Below are positions 28,431-32,000 of a stretch of DNA of 32,000 nucleotides, one piece after another. Position 1 is the first letter of the stretch. Every line of letters starts with the position of its first letter. The stretch comes from Candidatus Atelocyanobacterium thalassa isolate ALOHA. Lineage in GTDB: Bacteria > Cyanobacteriota > Cyanobacteriia > Cyanobacteriales > Microcystaceae. The position numbers were made by a program, and so were the translations under genes. The stretch lies in the NCBI RefSeq assembly GCF_000025125.1, contig NC_013771.1:510001-542000 (forward strand), read 5' to 3'. The notes below the pieces were generated by a model. It had not been told where the DNA came from. It ran no database searches and saw only the letters and a program-made list of their open reading frames with translations.

Positions 28431-29729
28431 ATGAATTGTAATGTTGACAAAAAAGAAGCAAAAGTTGTTATTGTTGGTGGTGGATTTGGAGGATTATATA
28501 CAGCAAAAGCCCTGAAACAATCTTCTGTACAAGTTACTTTAATTGATAAGCGTAATTTTCATCTTTTTCAGCCATTACTGTATCAAGTCGCCACAGGTGG
28601 TCTTTCTCCATCTGACATAGCATCACCTTTAAGATTAATTTTACGTCAACATAAAAATGTACAAGTACTACTAAATTCTGTTGTTGATCTAAAACCCAAA
28701 GATAAACAAATTATTCTTGATGATGATAAATCTATTTCTTATGACATTCTTATCTTAGCAACTGGATCAACTCATCACTATTTTGGCAACGATCAGTGGG
28801 AAAATCATGCCCCAGGTCTTAGTACTGTCGAAGATGCTCTAGAAATACGTAATCGTGTTTTTGGGGCTTTTGAAGCAGCTGAGAAGGAAAACGACCCAAT
28901 AAAAAGACAAGCTTGGTTAACATTTGTAATAGTAGGTGGCGGACCTACTGGAGTAGAGCTAGCTGGGGCAGTAGCCGAAATTGTTAATAGTTCTATGAAA
29001 GGTAATTTTAATAATTTCACGCCTAAAGATGCCAAGATTATATTGATTGAAGGGTTAGAAAGAGTACTTCCCCCCTATCCTACAGAGCTTTCATCTAAAG
29101 CAGAGCAAGAGTTGTGCAATCTCGGCGTAACAATACATACTCAATCAATGGTAACAAGTATAAGTGAAAATAATATTGTGTTACGCAAAGGAGAGAAATA
29201 CGAACAAATTACTTCTCATACGATTTTATGGGCTGCAGGAGTCAAAGCATCGTCAATTGGCAAAAAATTAGCTGAAAAAACTGGCGCACAAATAGATAGG
29301 GCTGGTCGAGTTATTGTTGAACCAGATCTCAGTATTATAGGCTTCCCAGATATTTTTGTGATAGGAGATTTATCAAGCTTTTCTCATCAAAATAATAAAC
29401 CTTTACCTGGAATAGCTCCTGTGGCGATGCAACAAGCTAAGTATGTCGCTAAATTAATACAAAAACAATTAAAAGGTGAATCACTACCATCTTTTGTTTA
29501 TAAAGATTATGGTAGTATGGCAGTTATAGGAAAAAACAAAGCTGTGGCAGACTTCAAATTTATCAAACTTTCTGGATTTTTAGCTTGGTTTATTTGGATT
29601 TGGGTCCATATCTATTATCTTATCGAATTTGATAATAAACTAGTTGTCTTAATTCAATGGATATGGAATTATTTTACACAAGGTCGTGGATCTTCTGTAA
29701 TTATAGAAAATAATAAAAAAGATAAATAA
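28431..29729 (+). CDS. Type II NADH:quinone oxidoreductase (NDH-2)
   Basis: 432 aa. It has two dinucleotide folds (VVIVGGGFGGLYTAK; FVIVGGGPTGVELAG) plus FVIGD and the hydrophobic C-terminal membrane-association segment. Confidence 0.9.
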   Translation: MNCNVDKKEAKVVIVGGGFGGLYTAKALKQSSVQVTLIDKRNFHLFQPLLYQVATGGLSPSDIASPLRLILRQHKNVQVLLNSVVDLKPKDKQIILDDDKSISYDILILATGSTHHYFGNDQWENHAPGLSTVEDALEIRNRVFGAFEAAEKENDPIKRQAWLTFVIVGGGPTGVELAGAVAEIVNSSMKGNFNNFTPKDAKIILIEGLERVLPPYPTELSSKAEQELCNLGVTIHTQSMVTSISENNIVLRKGEKYEQITSHTILWAAGVKASSIGKKLAEKTGAQIDRAGRVIVEPDLSIIGFPDIFVIGDLSSFSHQNNKPLPGIAPVAMQQAKYVAKLIQKQLKGESLPSFVYKDYGSMAVIGKNKAVADFKFIKLSGFLAWFIWIWVHIYYLIEFDNKLVVLIQWIWNYFTQGRGSSVIIENNKKDK

Positions 29730-29794
29730 TAAAAAATTTACTAAAGTATTTTTTAGAAATGTATTGAAAGATTATTAATAAATTTATTAAAATT

Positions 29795-30421
29795 ATGGAA
29801 AATCTTTGGTTTCAGCCTCTTATATGGATAGATTATCGATTAGCAATAATCTATGCCATTACCATACCCGCAATATTAACAATTTTAGCTTTTCTCCAAA
29901 GGATTGATTCAATCGGGCGTTTACTAGTTATTTATTGGCGAGTTTCTAGTTTATTGTTAATTACCATTTATTTATTAATACCTGGTTGGAATGGAGGAAA
30001 TGGTTCTTTTGAAATATTATGTACACATTTGGGTTTTATTACTGCTATTTTAGCTCGTATTTTAATTCCAATTTCTCTATGGTTTTGGATAGATTTAAAC
30101 GATGAAATTAAAGATTTATCATGGAGTTTTCTCAAGTTAGTACTTGTTTCATGGAGGTGGTCTGTAACTGCCTATAGTGCTATAGGCATTATATTGCGTA
30201 TTCCTTTTTTCTCTTGCTTAATTTATGCAAAAGCTTTAGGGACTTCTTCGTGTCAAGCTTGGATTGCTGCTCCCGTTAAGTATTGGTTGATTTTTCATAA
30301 CAACGCAACGCCTGTTTTCTTAGGCTTTATAGGACTTGTAGGATTATCAATATATGCTGCATATTTTATATATTTTGTATTAGTTAGATTAAGCAAACAA
30401 GGTAGATTAGCTTTAGAATAA
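29795..30421 (+). CDS. Multi-pass membrane protein of unknown function (possibly DUF3177-like)
   Basis: 208 aa with about 5-6 hydrophobic segments. The strings WIDYRLAI, YWRVSSLLLITIYLLI and WFWIDLNDEI resemble a family shared by cyanobacteria and plastid-bearing eukaryotes. The family name is from memory only. Confidence 0.6.
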   Translation: MENLWFQPLIWIDYRLAIIYAITIPAILTILAFLQRIDSIGRLLVIYWRVSSLLLITIYLLIPGWNGGNGSFEILCTHLGFITAILARILIPISLWFWIDLNDEIKDLSWSFLKLVLVSWRWSVTAYSAIGIILRIPFFSCLIYAKALGTSSCQAWIAAPVKYWLIFHNNATPVFLGFIGLVGLSIYAAYFIYFVLVRLSKQGRLALE

Positions 30422-30477
30422 TTAGTTAATTTTAAGGTGTAAAATATTTTTAATAAATTTATTATAGTTTTTTCTAT

Positions 30478-30810
30478 TTATCGCTTCGGATTAGAAGCTT
30501 CAACAAGAAAATGACTACCGTTTTTTTGATAAACTAAAACTTGCTCATTTTTGATTAAAGAATTACCTGAATAATAAAATCTTAATTCACTTTTATCAGG
30601 TAATTCAATAAATAAGATACTCCCTTTTTCATTAGAGACAACTTTAGTTATTCTACCTACTTGATAAGAAGATTTATTGAGATTGACTTTATCTGCTATT
30701 GGGTTTTTCTTATGCTGTGTGTAAAGCTCTTCTGTCTTTTGAGCAACAACTATTACAGTAATAAAAAATTGGGAAGTAATTGATATTATCCAAACCAGTA
30801 ACCAATTCAT
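30478..30810 (-). CDS. Small N-terminally anchored protein of unknown function
   Basis: 110 aa. It has one TM helix (WLLVWIISITSQFFITVIVVA) followed by a beta-rich soluble part. I recognise no motif. Confidence 0.55.
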   Translation of the reverse strand: MNWLLVWIISITSQFFITVIVVAQKTEELYTQHKKNPIADKVNLNKSSYQVGRITKVVSNEKGSILFIELPDKSELRFYYSGNSLIKNEQVLVYQKNGSHFLVEASNPKR

Positions 30811-30942
30811 TAAAGTATCCTCAGTATTGTATTAATTATCATTAGACTCATTGATGAGATATGGTTGTTATTGACTGAATTTAACTATGGCAGTATGCAT
30901 GGCTATCTAAATTTTTCTTGTTACTTTCAGAAAGTTAACTTA

Positions 30943-31476
30943 TTATTGAATCATCCATAGCAGGGATCTACCTCCATCTCTAATAAGTTTTTCAAAAGGC
31001 TCTGAAGGTGCGTTAGAGGGAACAGGAAATGGTTTTAATATTATTCCTTGGGTTCCAAATATAATTTCTCCTATAATTTTGGCACGGCTGATATGATTAT
31101 TTGATGTTACAAGATAAATACTCTTTATTTTTTGGATTTTTAATTTTTTAATTAAACTCACAAAATTAGTAACTGTATCTTTTGCTCTATAGTCTAAATA
31201 AATTCTATTATTGTTAACTCCTGCGTTTGTAAAAATTTTAGTTAAATATTTTTGTGGACCACCTGAAGATATTAAGAGAGGTGAATTAGTATATTTGAGG
31301 GCTAGCTTTGCCGCAAAACGCTGTCTTTCCTCATGTCCACCTAATATAAATATAACCTTCGGTTGAATGAAATAATTTTGTAATTGCCTATCAGCAAACA
31401 ATAAACTTACAGTTAGTAAAATTGTAAAAATAAAAATTTTTATGTTGAATTTAAGAAAAAGATTATTAGAAGACAT
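30943..31476 (-). CDS. YdcF/DUF218 (ElyC/SanA-like) family protein
   Basis: 177 aa. An N-terminal anchor is followed by IFILGGHEERQRFAA...LLISSG...DYRAKDTVTNF...IYLVTSNNHISRA, the DUF218 core pattern. Confidence 0.75.
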   Translation of the reverse strand: MSSNNLFLKFNIKIFIFTILLTVSLLFADRQLQNYFIQPKVIFILGGHEERQRFAAKLALKYTNSPLLISSGGPQKYLTKIFTNAGVNNNRIYLDYRAKDTVTNFVSLIKKLKIQKIKSIYLVTSNNHISRAKIIGEIIFGTQGIILKPFPVPSNAPSEPFEKLIRDGGRSLLWMIQ

Positions 31477-31579
31477 AGATTATTTATTTTTATTCAACTT
31501 TATTAAAGTATTACTATTATTTTATTTAAGATGTTAATTTAGAATAAATAATTAATTTCTTATTTATAAAAAATATTTA

Positions 31580-32000
31580 ATGATGAGTAAAATTGTTGTA
31601 GGTTTATCGGGCGGAGTGGATAGTTCAGTAGCTGCTGCGAGTCTGTGTGATCAAGGTTATGAAGTTTCTGGTTTAACTTTATGGTTAATGAAAGGAAAAG
31701 GTCAATGTTGTTCAGAAGGAATGGTCGATGCAGCACATATTTGTGAACAATTAAATATCCCTCATTATATCGTAGATGCTAAGGAACTATTTAAAAAAAA
31801 TATTATAGATTATTTAGTGTCAGGATATAAATCTGGAATAACTCCTTTGCCTTGTTCCCAATGTAACCGCTCTGTAAAATTTAAACCAATGTTAGATTAT
31901 GCTCAGCAAGAGTTGGACTGCGATCTAATAGCTACCGGGCATTATGCTCGTATACGTTATGATAAGGAAACTGACAAATATAAATTACTGAGAGCAATTG
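31580..32000 (+). CDS. mnmA: tRNA 2-thiouridine(34) synthase MnmA, 5' part (runs off the window)
   Basis: [20 protein letters not shown] (PP-loop SGGVDS), then ...[26 protein letters not shown]...[16 protein letters not shown]...IATGHYAR. The frame is open to the window end. Confidence 0.93.
   Translation, partial: MMSKIVVGLSGGVDSSVAAASLCDQGYEVSGLTLWLMKGKGQCCSEGMVDAAHICEQLNIPHYIVDAKELFKKNIIDYLVSGYKSGITPLPCSQCNRSVKFKPMLDYAQQELDCDLIATGHYARIRYDKETDKYKLLRAI

Noticed and set aside
1-32000. CRISPR arrays, IS elements or transposases, integrases, prophage genes, toxin-antitoxin pairs, restriction-modification or other defence cassettes
   Set aside because: I saw no regularly spaced direct repeats, no terminal inverted repeats flanking an ORF, and no ORF with transposase, recombinase, nuclease-NTPase or methyltransferase defence-type motifs. 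Every ORF of at least 100 aa that I retain as real is either a recognisable housekeeping or cyanobacterial-family protein or a membrane or repeat protein without enzymatic signatures.

Overview
This is a very AT-rich, gene-dense window. By my coordinate tally about 5.3 kb of the 32 kb is non-coding. The gene content is unmistakably cyanobacterial housekeeping: accC, gcvP, pnp, apt, mnmA, ndhS, a fused CbiG/CobJ cobalamin enzyme, PBP2, a type-II peroxiredoxin, NDH-2, an Sfp/HetI-type PPTase, a DUF2808 protein, tRNA-Phe(GAA) and tRNA-His(GUG). Genes sit on both strands with no recognisable multi-gene operons. They are separated by several unusually long, extremely AT-rich spacers and by long perfect hairpins at gene 3' ends. 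I found no CRISPR array, transposase or IS, integrase, phage gene, toxin-antitoxin pair or recognisable defence cassette, and I cannot honestly point to a novel multi-gene system. The items most worth a second look are listed here. (1) An untracked 40-codon membrane-peptide ORF at 21521..21643, followed by two strong hairpins. (2) A sensor histidine kinase with an intact H-box whose ATP-binding N/G1/G2 boxes look degenerate. (3) A 597-aa membrane-anchored protein built from a reiterated helical motif ending in Trp. (4) A PBP2 start where an ATG is put out of frame by an A9 run. (5) An over-extended ndhS call. (6) Two intact HIP1 octamers (GCGATCGC) surviving in an AT-drifted background. Composition and gene content fit a reduced-genome unicellular cyanobacterium, possibly a symbiont or organelle-like lineage. 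That placement is inference only and needs a database search.
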